Shown here piece by piece: positions 23,601 to 37,520 of a stretch of 64,000 bases of DNA. Each line of letters opens with the position of its first letter. The first letter of the stretch is position 1. A program made the translations under genes and the position numbers. Where the stretch lies: contig OZ024740.1 of the NCBI GenBank assembly GCA_964016885.1, forward strand, positions 284,022,001 through 284,086,000, in the 5' to 3' direction. The notes beneath the pieces are model-generated. The model had not been told where the DNA came from and did not search any database. It saw nothing but the letters and a program-made list of their open reading frames with translations. The stretch comes from Eledone cirrhosa (Eukaryota).

Positions 23601-25238
23601 CTAGAAAATTCAAATAATTGAAAATAATCAAATCTTTCCAATTATTTTACAAATGAATATATTTCAAAGTGAATAAAAAAAAAGCTGCAAAACAAAGCCT
23701 TTGTGCACCTCTCACATCAGTAACCTGAGACAGAAAATAGAAATTTTGGTGTATCAGGCTGTTGTGTACTCTGTAGCTCTATGAGTGTTAGATTTAGAAA
23801 GCATAATATCAAATGCATAAACTTGAGAGATTTCATCAAGCAAACTGTGATCAATCCTGAATGTTAAATTGAATGATTATGTCACAAACACTGATGTACT
23901 GGAAAATTAAGATCCATAAATATCCAACCACCATTAAGAAAACATCAATTCCAATGGTAAGGGCATTTGAAAAGGTTTTCAGGCATAAGAATGCCCTTAA
24001 GGATTTTACAGATGGTCAGTGCTGAAGGGGTGCATGCAAGAAATGCTCCCATAACACCATTAAAATGATTATGCCCTTATTTAATATCCAGTCTGACAAG
24101 AGAAACATGAAGCCAAAACCTGTAAGAATTGGATGTAAGCATGCATAGAAGGAGCCATTGCTGCAGATAACATCTGACATGAACAAGCCAAAGAGAAAAG
24201 AACCACCCCCACAAAAAAAAGGAAAGAGTTTGACAAACATTTCTAGGAGAAGGACCAACTGCAGCATTAGTGCTGATTTTGTGACTAACAATTCATATCA
24301 AACATTGAAATTCAGTCATGGAAAATAAATGAAGAAACTTTGAAAACCTTGACAACAAGGAGACACAGAAAGAGGGTGAGGGAGAAGCTTACATCAACCC
24401 TTTAGCATTTGCATTACTCTATATATACTATTGTATTTTTGTGGTAAAGGCTTTATCTCACATAATATCGAATCTACAAGATTTTGGTATTATTTATTTT
24501 GGGAACAATACCTTAACATAAGTATGAGTGGATGGTTATGGCCAGTTTGAACAAAAAGAGGTGAGAGAATTCTGGTCAGATACAGCCGGTTTAAACACTA
24601 AAGGGTTAATGCAGTTTCTGTTAAACAGCTTATGGAATTTATGAATGTTTGAAAAACTCTTTTCTGATAAGGAAGATAAAAAATTTGCAACATTTGTTAT
24701 TAAACCCATGTTGTACAGTTGAGTCATATCATTTTATTTTTGTGCTGTTTTTAGAGCAGTTGCTAAATAGAATTGGGGACTACCTGATCATTTTTTGACA
24801 TTAGCTAAGTTTTAATGCTTTGCTGTAATACATTGTAACCAACTTGAAGACGACTTCATCAGAGTCCATGTTAAGTTTTCTCCCCAACAAAATGAAGATG
24901 AAGATTCTCCACACAAAGTCCACACATTCATCTCTCATGTGCCACTTTCAAAGGTTTCCAGACCCTTAATGTAGAGAATGAATGAAGAAAATCCATCTAT
25001 TTATGCTTATTGAAAAATTATTGATAATGTTCACAATAGCACTTCAGCAAATCACTAAAGACATAAAGAAAAAAGTTATATGATATAACTCATACAACAT
25101 TGATGTAAAAATACAACTGGGAATGATTATCTCTATACCCACCCAGTCTAGTCAAAGATAAAAATGGCTATAACTATTGCCTTTACATTTCAGACTAATA
25201 CATTGAAAAAAAGAAGAAAAAAGAGGATTGAAACTTAC

Positions 25239-25425
25239 ATAATTTTGTACAATTTCTTCTCTTTCTTTGGGATTGGGTGTATAATTTGCTAAGTCGGAAA
25301 TAGTTTCGCTGCCTGAAGTTCCACTGATTGTTAGAAGAATTTTAACCATGCCTGCTCCATCTTCAAGTTGCTGTTCAATTACATGTGTTTCTTCATTCTT
25401 GATGTCAGACAGATCGATGGTAGCT
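25239..25425 (-). CDS. MCTP: MCTP exon (end of C2B and linker)
   Basis: TAG/GTAAGT, 187 nt, phase 2-0. ATIDLSDIKNEETHVIEQQLEDGAGMVKILLTISGTSGSETISDLANYTPNPKEREEIVQNY. Confidence 0.94.
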
Positions 25426-25578
25426 CTAAACAGAATTTGAAAATAATAGTAATTTTTACATTACTTTAAACAATAAAAGCAAAACAATTAGAAACAAATG
25501 AAAAACTGAGATTGTTATATATATACTTACAAATATCATCATCATCATCATCGTTTAACGTCCGTGTTCCATGCTTGC

Positions 25579-25587
<9 letters not shown>

Positions 25588-25674
<87 letters not shown>

Positions 25675-25678
25675 TTGA

Positions 25679-25759
<81 letters not shown>
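25588..25759. repeat. (GA)n microsatellite
   Basis: About 170 nt GA tract. Other purine tracts at about 31013-31103 and 53300-53590. Confidence 0.98.
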
Positions 25760-25762
<3 letters not shown>

Positions 25763-26931
25763 AAGAGTTACATGAAGATATGAGCCAAATTTGAAATGCA
25801 CCGATTGTTGCTGATAAACAGGATGTTGCTGTTCAAGATCAGTAACTAGTAAAATTTGAAGTTCTAGTTTGTAAATTCATTTACAGAAATTTAACTTTAC
25901 TTCTACTGTTCCCAATAAAACAATAAATTTTAAACAAATTATTTTACATCTGGGTTCACATCTAAAACCAATTTCTCAACTCTGACATATGACAAGAGTA
26001 TAAATAAATCAAATAAATAACAAAAAGAAACAAATCCTCAGCTGTTTTAGAGGTCTCATCTCAAAATGTACATTATTCTATTTATCTAAGTTTACAAAAC
26101 TGAAAGATGAAGGCACATGGCTTAGTGGTTTGAGTATTAGGCTTGCAATCATGACTAGGTGATACATTGTGTCCTTGAGAAAGACACTTTATTTTATGTT
26201 GCTCCAGTTTACTCAGCTGTAGAAACGGTTTCAACATCACTGGTACTAAGCTATATCAGCCATTAACTTTCCTTTGGATAAGATCGGTGGTATGGAGAGG
26301 GGAGACTTTTATGCATGTGCAACTGCTGGTTTTCCACAAACAATCTTGCCCAGACTTGTGCCTTGGAGAGGAAACTTCCTAGGTGCAAATCCCATGGTCA
26401 TTCATGACCAAAGGGGGTTATTTAAATTCCATACTCTTCTTTTCCAGATTTTCCAAATTTGGAAACATTTAGTAAAATAACTTCTTTATTGTTATGCTGG
26501 TACTTGTAGCATAACTTAAATATTTTTACTTAAAATTATGATGGTCGGTTTTTAGATACATATAAACACACAAAAGAAACCCAGCTTAGTATTTAATACC
26601 ATGTTGTTTTTAAAAGTGCTTATATCTAAAACCAAACCCAGTTTCAGGCAGTTAGGCATTAAAAGAGTTAAAACAGAGTCCATTTGTTTGAACTCCTAAA
26701 TTTGTCTCAATAAAGAGGGAATGGTTACTGATTAAAATTCTATTTATATTATCTGCTTAATCAACTACCTTTGTATCATTAATGTGTTGAAGTTAACCAG
26801 GACTAAAGATGTAAAACTACTCCATGGTATAACTATAATGTTTATAAATTATCTATTTTACTAAATACATGCAAATGGTGAGAATCCACACAATATTCAC
26901 TAGACATATTTGTTTACTTAATGCCTAGCAC

Positions 26932-27390
26932 CAGTGCTGGATTTAGACAGAAGCTAAACAAGCTAAAACTTAAGGCCTCACAATCTGTAGGTGCTTAAAG
27001 AAAATGTTTACAATTTTTGTGAGATGTTCTAATGTAATGTTTTAACAAAGGGCCCTCAAGCATATAGTAAAGGGTCTCAGTCAGACGTGTAACTAGGGCA
27101 TCGCGAGAATGACACGTGCCATGGGTGCCACTTGGACTATGAGCATGTTCTATTAAAGTCAAATAAGCCTCGTCAGAGAGTGGAAAAAGAAACCCCTTCA
27201 GATGTATGATCTGTCTCTGATTATAAAGAGTGAGAACACTATGGTGGCTGGATCATTAAACCATTTATATAAATTATTAGATCCACAGGTAAAAATACAG
27301 TGCTAGGTAGAGGCGCAATTTTACTGCTTGCCATAGGCACTATTTTCTCTAGTTATGCCTCTGGTCTCAGTAAGTCTAAATCCGGCATTG
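26932..27390. mobile_element. hAT-type MITE containing a second nested hAT-type MITE (27082-27363)
   Basis: Outer TIR CAGTGCTGGATTTA/TAAATCCGGCATTG with 8 bp TSD CCTAGCAC/CATAGCAC; inner TIR CAGACGTGTAACTAG/CTAGTTATGCCTCTG with exact TSD GTCTCAGT. Confidence 0.85.
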
Positions 27391-27989
27391 CATAGCACTT
27401 ATTCAACTACATCAGATATTTCTGAGTAATTGACATTATACAAGTACAAGGGAGGCTACTTTTGACACTTAGCTTAGCTAAGGCATATTATAAGGGCGGT
27501 AGATTGGCAGTATCGGTAGAGGGTCAGACGCCAAGCTTTGCGGCAAAGAGTTACGGCCCTTTCATCCTTACTGGGTCGATAAAATAAAGTACCAGTAATA
27601 CACTAGGATAATTGCTGGCCTCGTGCCAAAAGTAGAAACAATTATAAATACTGCATTTTTGGAGTTATAAGACACACTAGTATATAAGATTGACTATACA
27701 CCTACATCTGTTACCTGTGATTCATTCGTTGTTGTTTTTTTACGAAATAGAGACAACTGTAAATAGTTATGTGTTTTAGAATAAAAATATGAATATTGGT
27801 GTGAATTAGATATTAAAATAAACTAAACTAATCATGCCTATATAAATATACAGCTATACTTATATATTGCTTGTTTATAGTTTGTTTATATACTAAATCA
27901 TTACCATCATCATTATTATTGTTGTACCACCTGTAATGTACTAGTTGTAAACCCTTTGTTGTTAATAAAGAAATCACCATGATCATTAT

Positions 27990-29017
27990 CATTGATGTGC
28001 AAACATGTGCAGAGGCTGTAGCATTTGTAGAGATTCGTAGACAGTGAACGAGTGTGGTCATCTTTTGTGAGACGCACTTTTCTGCAGCTCATTTTCCTGA
28101 CTGAGCTGCAGTCCTAGGTGAAGAAAAGACCAAGGTAGAGAGCTTAGCATCTAGAATGTTGTCATCCCTCTACCAGTTGGGCGTTGCAATTGGTGCAATT
28201 CTCAGGAAAGTTCTGAGTGTTGACAAAAACGAGCTGGCTGATCTGTTTTGGAGGACTTTGGGCCCAGAGACTATAGATAATTTCCAGACATCTCAAGCCT
28301 GGCTGTGCTATGAGGAGTCATTGCCTGTTCAAGATAAATTCTACAGGCATGGGACAGGCCTGTCCAAGATGTACGCAGAGCAACAAAGCTGTTCTGCAAG
28401 CACTTGTTCAATACCCATGCATTGTTGACTTGTAGAGTTATATTGAAAAACTGTTTTCAGGTGTCAAACAGATCCTGCTATCAACTGAGTCCATTGTGAA
28501 GATTGCTTGACCATCTTCCTTTATCAGGGAAGGGTGAGCAGGTTTCTTATGTCAGGTGGCTATGGTGAAAGAGGTTGTGTAGACATAGCTGAAAGGACTG
28601 AAGACAGGTATATTCCTCTTTGGTCAAACTCTCACGCTTTTTCAAGTTTCACTTGGAAAAGAAGGTAAGAGGAGAGAGAGAGAGAGCAATGATCTCCTCC
28701 AGTAAATTTACTAAAAGGTCGGCAAAAGTAGTGAAAATGGCAAGAGTGACTGAGTCTACTTGCAACTTGTGCCTGTAAGTCAGTCAATGAGAGTTGGGAG
28801 GGCATTTACCCTTGGTGATCAGAGTAATTGTGGAGCTGTGAGATTCCTCAATTAGCCTGAGGTATTCAGTTCTCTGTACCACAACTGAATGCCTTATATA
28901 CTAGGTATACCCATTTCCTCATTTCTATGTAAATTCCCACCTTCATATTGTAACTTGTCTTTGTAATGTATTCTTTATCCGATGAATTTGTGGCAAAAAG
29001 AAATTATTATTATTATT
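27990..29017 (+). mobile_element. Probable Tx1/L1-like LINE 3' fragment
   Basis: NFQTSQAWLCYEESLPVQDKFYRHG resembles the zf-RVT region; GC-richer block ending in an A-rich then (ATT)n tail. Confidence 0.5.
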
Positions 29018-29393
29018 GGTTCAAATCCCGCTGAGGTTAACTTTGCCTTTCATCCTTTGGGGTTAATAAAATAAAGTACCAGTAATGCACTAGGGTAATG
29101 CTGGCCTTGTGCCAAAAGTAGAAACATTATTATTATTATTGGTGGTGGATTGGCAGTATCGGTAGAGGGTTGGACGCCATGCTTTGACGCATAGAGTTAC
29201 GGCCCTTGCCATTCTGAGTTCAAATCCTGCCGAGGTTAACTTTGCCTTTCAGCCTTACGGGGTCGATAAAATAAAGTACCAGTAATGCACTGAGTAATTG
29301 CTGGCCTTGTGCCAAATGTAGAAACAATTATTATTATTATTGATGGTGGATTGGCAGTATCGGTAGAGCGTCAGACACCATGTTTTGCAGCAT

Positions 29394-30079
29394 ATCTCCG
29401 CCCATTGAAGCCACCCTGTCTTCAATATCGATCAGAGCTCTGTTATATATAGCGTCTGAAAAGCCGACATCTAAGTTTGGAGATTGCAATTGAGCGAGAC
29501 GCCTATATTCGACTATTACCTCGAACAGTAACAATGACAATAAGCCGTCTGTACTTTCATGAAATAAATAGGTTTTTGTTTTTGTGTATGCAAAAATATC
29601 TGTACACGAATATATATATTAAAATAACAGATTAAAGTTTAAGCAAAGAATCGCTGCTTTCACCCTTAACGGGATCTTCTGAAACTAAAAAAAATCAGTC
29701 TGTGAATGCAGAAGTAAATATTTCGAAAAACATTATCTAATGCAGACAGCCAGACATACAGAGACATATTATAAGGGCGCTACGTTATAGCTATGTATCT
29801 ATCTAAAAAGACAGACTAAAAAAAAGAGGGGAATGTTGTGCGACGTCATAAGAAAAAGTGTGGAATGACATATAACCGGAAGTGTTGACATTTGAAGTTT
29901 TAAAGAAGTGAATATTTAAATAATGTCTTTAATCTTTTAACAAAATTCAGTAAACAAAAATACCCTCACTTTTTTACTTGGAAAAAGTTACATCTATGGT
30001 GCAAATTTGGTGCTGTTTGGTCCAGCCGTTTGGCGGAAAGTTTGTTACCTACATACGGCCGTCAGCTTTATAGTATAGA
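29394..30079 (-). mobile_element. Truncated chimeric Helitron with RepHel-like coding remnant
   Basis: 5' TCTATACTATAAAG; internal blocks shared with the other two Helitrons; peptide AIYNRALIDIEDRVASMGGDML resembles the RepHel linker. Confidence 0.65.
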
Positions 30080-32484
30080 TAATTATTATTAAATGCCTAA
30101 TTAGAAATACTTAAGTGGTGACAAAAAGGCAACATTAGCTTAATGGCTAATATTATTTTAATCATTTGGGCAAGTACAGGAGACAACTACAGATACATTT
30201 TGGTTTTATTGGAGCTCTTCAGCAAATCATAGACTTCACTAAATTAGCTGAAGTAGTGATGAGAAAATCCCTAAGATAATGTACAAGCTGAAATGTATAT
30301 GCTGAGGTCTAATAAGACTAAAATATCTGGAGTTATCTCAGATAAATGTTTTAAATAATGTTAGTCATAGACTAATCTTTTCTTAACATAATAAGTATTT
30401 CTAATTAGGCATAATCAGTACATTAAATACGTTAACCATAGCACAGTTTAGCAAGCAAGTGATCAAGAGCTGCAATGAAGTATCTGCAACAGTTTGAGAT
30501 AAAATGCACCAAGTAGTTGTCATGTCATACCATCTTGCACAATGTAGTCAGATATGCAGTACTCTGTAACATCAACAGACAACTACTTCTTCAAAGACCT
30601 TTACAAAATCCCAACTTTACATTCTTCATCTCAAATTAAATTAACACACAATTTAGGGAAATGTTCCAAATTTTATTTTATTTTTAACAAGCAAAATGGC
30701 TAATTAGATAAAGTAATGGTTGTAAACTGATGAAAACCAGACAATTTTTATTGCAGTTTAAGTGATACAAGAAAGATAAAATAGCATGGTTAATGGCTTC
30801 TTAGCTTCTGAGTAAGAGAGAAAGAGAAGTGAGGGAATGAGAGTTATTAAGACAGTGTGAATATGTCTAGTAACCTGAATATAACAATTTTAATTGGACT
30901 GTTAGCTCTGATTGCAGCCAAACCTATACACTCTTTAACTGTATTGTAAACAAGCTATAGATATCCAGTCAATATAGAAAACTACCTAAGTCTATTTTGT
31001 AAAACGATACTCTGAGAGAGGGAGAGAGAGAGAGAGAGAGAAAAGAGAGAGAGTGAGAGAGAAGAGAAAGAGAGAGAGTGAGAGAGAGAAAAAAGAGAGA
31101 GAAGGTGGTGGTGGATAGGAGTCATATTATATAGCAGGTTATTGTTAGGATATGAGATTGGAAGAAATAATACTGGAACAAAGAAACTAGAAACTGGTTT
31201 TAAGTAAGAAGAACAGAGATAAGGAATAAAGGTAAATCACAAGAGATGTAGCAAATTATTTTTTTGTGACAAAAGAAATGATGATATGGTTAGAAAAAAA
31301 AGCAATGAAAAAAAAACAAGAAGCAATGCTATAACATGTTACATCTATCATTATTAAAACATCAACCTCATTATATTTCAATATTCATTTCAATATTCAT
31401 AATGAAACACCACAAGGCATTTTGACTGATGTTCTACCAATTTTGCCATCCACCAGGCAACATACATACGCTCATACCATCTATATCATCATCATTTTAT
31501 ATTAGCTTTTCTATGCTTCTATGGGTTGGATGGATCTATGCTCTGAGTTACTGAAGCATGGAAAAAACTACCTGCATCAGTTTTTATCTGTCGAAACACT
31601 GCATCTTTTAAAACCTTCATGCTTCCTGAAATTCGCCAACACTACACCTGATATCCCCCTCCATACACACGCACACATGTATATCATGACTCATACACTG
31701 TTCCCTTCCCTGACATTTGTACATTATTCTATGTACTATACATGCACCTTTGATGAGTTGTAGTGCACCTGAGCACTGTACACAATAATTTCATTATTAT
31801 TATTATTTCTAACATCCCTCCATTCATCGCAGTCCTTTGTCATCTAATCTGTCAGCTCTCCCAACCACTGCCCAGATCTTGCTTGGTCTCCCTGTGTTGT
31901 AGCCCCATTCCACTGGGATTTCTTGGCACTTCTTCAACCAGCGATCATCAGCCATATGCATCACAAGTCCATACCAGTATAGTCTTTTCACACACCTATA
32001 CACACACACATCGAATGGATTTTTGAAAAGTTTCCACTCTACTAAAATTCACTAACAAGGCTTTGATCAACCAGAGGATATGGTAATAGGCACATTGCCC
32101 AAGGGCCAACACAGTGAGATTAATCCTGGAATCACATGGTTGTAAAGCAAACTTTTCTAACCACACAACAATTTCTGAGTCCATCTATTTCTTCTTGTTT
32201 CTTCTTTTGTTCACCCTACTATCCTGAGTACCCCATATCATTCACTTACAGTACGTTTTTTTTTTTTTTTCACTGTAGAAAACCAGCCAGAAACACTCCT
32301 ATATGAGTGAGACACGGCCACTCGACCCAACTTGCCTCTAAATAGGACCCGTCTAACCCATGCTAGCGTGGAAGATAGACGTTAATCGATGATGATGATG
32401 ATGATGATGCAAGAAATATCCAAGTATAATAACTGATTTGTAAAAGACCAAAGTCTTAGAAAAATCAAAAAATAAGCCGCATAC

Positions 32485-32615
32485 CTTCCCATGAAGTCAT
32501 CCTTTCCAGCTACATCATGATCATAGACTGTTAATTCAAGACACTTTGTTTGATCATCATACATTCTTAAGTCAAACTGTTCTAACCAACGAGGGTTTAA
32601 TGTGTTTGGTTTGAA
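32485..32615 (-). CDS. MCTP: MCTP exon (C2B domain)
   Basis: CAG/GTATGC, 131 nt, phase 0-2. FKPNTLNPRWLEQFDLRMYDDQTKCLELTVYDHDVAGKDDFMG(R); the C2 loop-3 aspartates are intact. Confidence 0.96.
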
Positions 32616-33157
32616 CTGGAAAAATTAAATAATTGAAGAAACATTCAGTATATTTAGATCTTGTGATATATATATATATATGAAAGTAAGGTTTTTTTAA
32701 ATGTCCTACATGGGTAAAAATATAAGGAAAAGAAATTGAAAATGCAACTGGAGTCTTTTAAGAATATTTATTTACTTTACCAGCTTTACAGTTCTTACGA
32801 TTTCCAAAAGTTTCATCAGTTACACTGGAAACACTACTTTAACTTTTAATATCATGTAATGATTAGAAGAAAATAGCTAAAACAAGTTTATTTTCTTCAA
32901 CTGTTTATTATCTTTATTAGTAGACAGATCACTGCGAACAATCACAGTATTAGGGTAAACATTTTCATTTTAATGTAGTTTCATACTTTCCAAGAATCTC
33001 TTGTTTATGCAGTTTCACGTGGCACAGAGTTAAACTATCAGCAAGTTAATGATGAGAACAACTATTTACAATCTTCCTACTTTATATAATCAAATAATTC
33101 AATGATTACTGTTATTTATGAAATATATTTGTTTCAATTTGATGATAAGATACATAC

Positions 33158-33334
33158 TTTGCTCTTGTATTTCTCATTTGCTAAACGAAATTTGACATAG
33201 GGGTCACTGAAGCCATTGTCATCCATTGGCAACAGATTTCTTCCCTCAACCAGCACCAGTGTTACGACACTGCTCCAAATTTGCATCTTCATTTTACGAG
33301 CAGTTTCGGTCAATTTAGTGCTTCTTCGGTAGAA
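33158..33334 (-). CDS. MCTP: MCTP exon (linker and start of C2B domain)
   Basis: TAG acceptor, GTATGT donor, 177 nt, phase 0-0. Translates FYRRSTKLTETARKMKMQIWSSVVTLVLVEGRNLLPMDDNGFSDPYVKFRLANEKYKSK, with the C2 motif SDPYVKF. Confidence 0.95.
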
Positions 33335-36300
33335 CTACAAGAACAAGAACAAATAAATAAACAAACAGATTAAATAATCTGGGTATACATAATACAAAAT
33401 CAATGCAGGAATTTAATTCACTTACCTTTATTTTCTGTGTTGTTTTATTTTGATTAGTTACCAATAGTCACCTTATGAAACCTTTATAAAATTGATGAGT
33501 CCTTAGTGCACATATATACTAAGTGATACAAACAGGAAAGCTAAGTGGGTAGGAGCAAAGGAGACATTTTTACAGGTGTAGTTATTGTAAAACAAACCTT
33601 TTAATAATCTGAATAGTATACCCAATACATATCAGAGACGTTGTTTATAACATCCTTAGAAAGGTTAATAACTGACAGTGAAGTGATTCACCAGAAAACA
33701 ATCAAATATTGGATGTGGTGATTTAAAATCTATAGCTAGTAATAAGCATGTACAAAACCTTAAAAGAGCCTAAATTAAGTATAGTATCACAACTGTCACA
33801 AGATATTACATATCACATCGTATTTAGATTCTCTTAGTGAATTGTAGTTGAAATATAATTAAAACATACAACCTTTAAATAGATGTTGCTGGTAGCTGTG
33901 AAGCCACAGTGAAATTTTTCAAGTTTAAATGAAATATAAATAAAACTCTAGCACTAAGTCTCAGTTGTTATATTTAGTTCCCAAGAGATTCTGGGATGTC
34001 AGTTCAATGACTTTGTTTTGACTCTTGGTTAAAATTATTACATTTCCCTTTTGCTGTCTAATGAGCAAACCAAAAGAAAGACATGAATATTACAAATTTT
34101 TATTGCCCTTCAAGTATGTATTCAGACTCTTTAGCTAAGTCAAAATTAACTTAACTAAGTCAACTTTAGCTAAGACTCTTTAGCTAAGTCAACATTAACT
34201 TAACCATCGTCTGAATAATACATTTACTTACATGACTATAAAGATGTCTTATGAACATTGTGACTGAAGTCTTCACCTTTCCATTTTATATTCCTCTTTA
34301 TATACAGTGAGCCATTGAAAAGAAATAGCTTAATTAAGAATTGACTATCTATTTATAAACTAACTTACATTGTATAAGTTATACATTATTTTAAAAAAAG
34401 TATTTGGCCCAAATATCAGTATGTGAAATTTGAGAAGTTTTCTCATTTATTTGAACAAATAAACAAATATTTAAATATGTCAGAAACAGTCAAAATTAGT
34501 TTTAGAACAAGAGAATGAATGGTCAAACACACTATTCTGAAAATTATAAATTGTGTTAATGCAAACAATAAAGCAAAGATTTATAGACAGTTTTGTTGAG
34601 CCAAACCTCCTTTTTACCTCTGCCAATCTGTATACAGATCTGATTAGATCTTTGGCAGAAGCCACAGATCTAATCAGTTAAAAAAAGACCATGAAGGAAG
34701 TTGGAGAAAGATTGGTTTGATAAACAGCCAAGTTCAAATGAAAGGAGCTTCTTTGAAAACTTTCACCATAATAAGAGAGAGAAGAACATTAAATTAATAA
34801 TAATAATAAAAAAAATACTAATTAAAATTTCAGAGATAACAAACAGCAATTGCTCTCGCTCTTTTGAATATTTTGGAAAGATGTAAGAATTTTATAATAA
34901 TAGTGAAGTATTACATTGGCACAAGGCCATGAATTTTGTGCAGAAGGAACAGGGAAATAGAATAATACCAGTACCCAACTAATATCTAGGTTATTGACTT
35001 CAAAAGGCAGAGTCAACTCCCAGCAGGATTTTAACTCTGAGTGTAACTAAATATTGCAAGATATTTGGCATTTAGTCTACTATTCCTACCACTCATCATC
35101 ACTCTAAAAGTATTAGATAATAATAATTGTTTCTAGTTTTAGCACAAGGCCAACAATTTGAAGGGAAGAGGAAAGTCAATTAAATCGACCTCTGAGAATT
35201 ACTGGTGCTTTATTTTATCGACCCTGTAAGAATGAAAGGCAAAGCTAACTTCAATGGGATTTGAACTCAGAACATAAAGGGACGTAACTATATGCTGCAA
35301 AGTATGTTGTCCAATGCTCTACCAATACTTCCAAAATGTTTTTATATAGGCATAAGGCCAAAAATTATGGGGTAGGAAACTGATTTATATCAACCTCTAG
35401 TACTTGACTGGTATGTATTTTATCAATTCCAAAAAGATAAAGGCAAAGTCGACATTGGTGGGATTTGAATTTAGAATGTGAGGCATTCTAATTAAATACA
35501 TTTCATCCAATTCTTAAACAATTCTGCCAATGAGGAGGGAGGGTAGAGTATTTAGCAGACATGGTAATGGTGAGAGGCAGGAGAAAGGGAATATTATTTA
35601 CAGACATAGTTACACACACATGCATTAACATATGTGTTACAAGGCTGATGAGAAAAGCAAGAGTGAAGCAATACTATAGATATAATAACACATACACATA
35701 TGTGATATAGTGAGAGCAGCAGTAGCTGTTAATGTGGTAGTACTATCAGTAAAGATATTGGTTAATAGAGGAGGCAGTGGGGGTTGTGAGTGTGGTAAAG
35801 AGAGAAAGACAAGGACTAAATTTTTTGATTGAACTAAAATCTGATATTCCTCTTTTAAATCATCAATCATTTAATGCATGCGCTTTAGTGCAATCAATTT
35901 TATGTTTTTACTTCATAAAATATGGAGAGTGATAGACAGCACAAGCTAACAATAGAAAAAGTGAGAAGGCATAGAGAAGAGCTTAGACAAGAGCAGAGAA
36001 TCAAGTCCCTAGAATCAAACCACTAGAACAAGCATGAGAGCAGCAGTGTTGGAAGAGAAAATATGAATGAAAGAAAATGCATTGATTATTTACAACAGAT
36101 GAAAGATAGAAGAGGAAATATAAATGAAAGAGAATGTCATGAAAACTGGAATCACATTATTCAAACTTACAACATCTGTGACATGAATATTTTAAGCAAT
36201 TATTGTGTAGCTGAGATTTACATATGAACCTTTCAATTGCTCTCAGAATGGAAACATTATGCTCCCTCAATTATATAGCCTTATCCAGAAGAATTGAGAG

Positions 36301-37004
36301 GTTTTATATAAATGAAAATAATGCTGAAGAAATTCAGTGTACATACAAAATTGGAAATATGTTTATCTGTGAAAAGTATAAAGTCATGGTTATGCTTCCA
36401 GTGAAATAACAAACAATGTTGCTACTAACAGCAAGATTAGCTGCCTGAGTGTGATGAAATCAAGTCCTGCCTGTCCTGCAGATATGTCTCACCCCTTGAA
36501 GCCATATGGAGGTTATCTCAGTAAAAGATGCATAATATGTCTCATAGAGTTTGTTGCTTATTCAAAGCAATAAAGAGATTATTTTCTAATAGGACAAGTT
36601 CTTCAATCAGCAGGAGCTCAACATTACTGACACACATTTCACTGCATGGTTCTAGTGCAATGAGGAAAATGAAAATTCATATCAGTACTTGTACTCTGAA
36701 ATTCCTTTGCATTATGTGTTTAGTGACTAATTACATCAATTGTCAAGTCAAAAGTACTCAAACTATACGGTTATATAAAAAATCAACTCGTGGTGTGAGT
36801 AGGTTATGCCTGGAAGGAAGGTTGGCTGGTAAGAGAAGCATAGGCTGGCAGCCAAAACAATGGCTTGATAATGTCAACCTCTTGACTGGACTTAATCTTT
36901 GCTCTTTAAACTCTGATGTTGGTGATCAAACTTTGTGGAGAAAAGTATCTCATGTTAATGTGCAGTCTGCAACTGGCAGAGTTTAGCGTCAAAGAAGAAG
37001 AAGA

Positions 37005-37520
37005 TAACAGAAAATGGACAGTCAGATGAAAAAATCCTAATTTTCTTTGCAAATACTTGGAGAGTTGAAAAATTTCATCCCTGCCTCTTATTATTTCATG
37101 AAGTGTGAAGAATTGAGAACAATTCAAAGAACAATCATGCTAACTTTTAAGAATGCTTGCACATGGCTTGGTTTCTCAGAAAATAATGAGTTTGAAAACA
37201 CTCCAAAAGAAGCGTCAACATTTAGATTGCCGTCACAATTGATAGTAATGTTTGCAGTTATTTTAACCTCTTGTAACCCCCAGAATGCAATTCAGCTTTG
37301 GAATTCTTTTACAAAATAAATGATAGATTTCTTACATAGGGGACACAGACAACTTGTCTTATCATGCTATATATGAAGTTCTAATTGAAAATGGGACAAT
37401 CTATCAGAAAAAAGACTACCAGAACAGCAGGGAGAATTTAGAAACATAAATAAACAAGACCTTCAAATTTCTGTTAATTTAAATAATCTGAACAATGAAC
37501 AAAGAATAGCCAATGTAGTT
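37005..37520 (+). mobile_element. Decayed Helitron RepHel coding fragment
   Basis: TFKNACTWLGFSENNEFENTPKEASTFRLPSQLIVMFAVILTSCNPQNAIQLW fits the RepHel TF.EAC..LG..PSQLR.LF..IL..C.P....LW pattern. Boundaries approximate. Confidence 0.7.

Noticed and set aside
32790-32825. Minus-strand CTGATGA AACTTTTG GAAATCGTA
   Set aside because: Helix II and helix I do not pair; at best a decayed remnant, so not called as a ribozyme.
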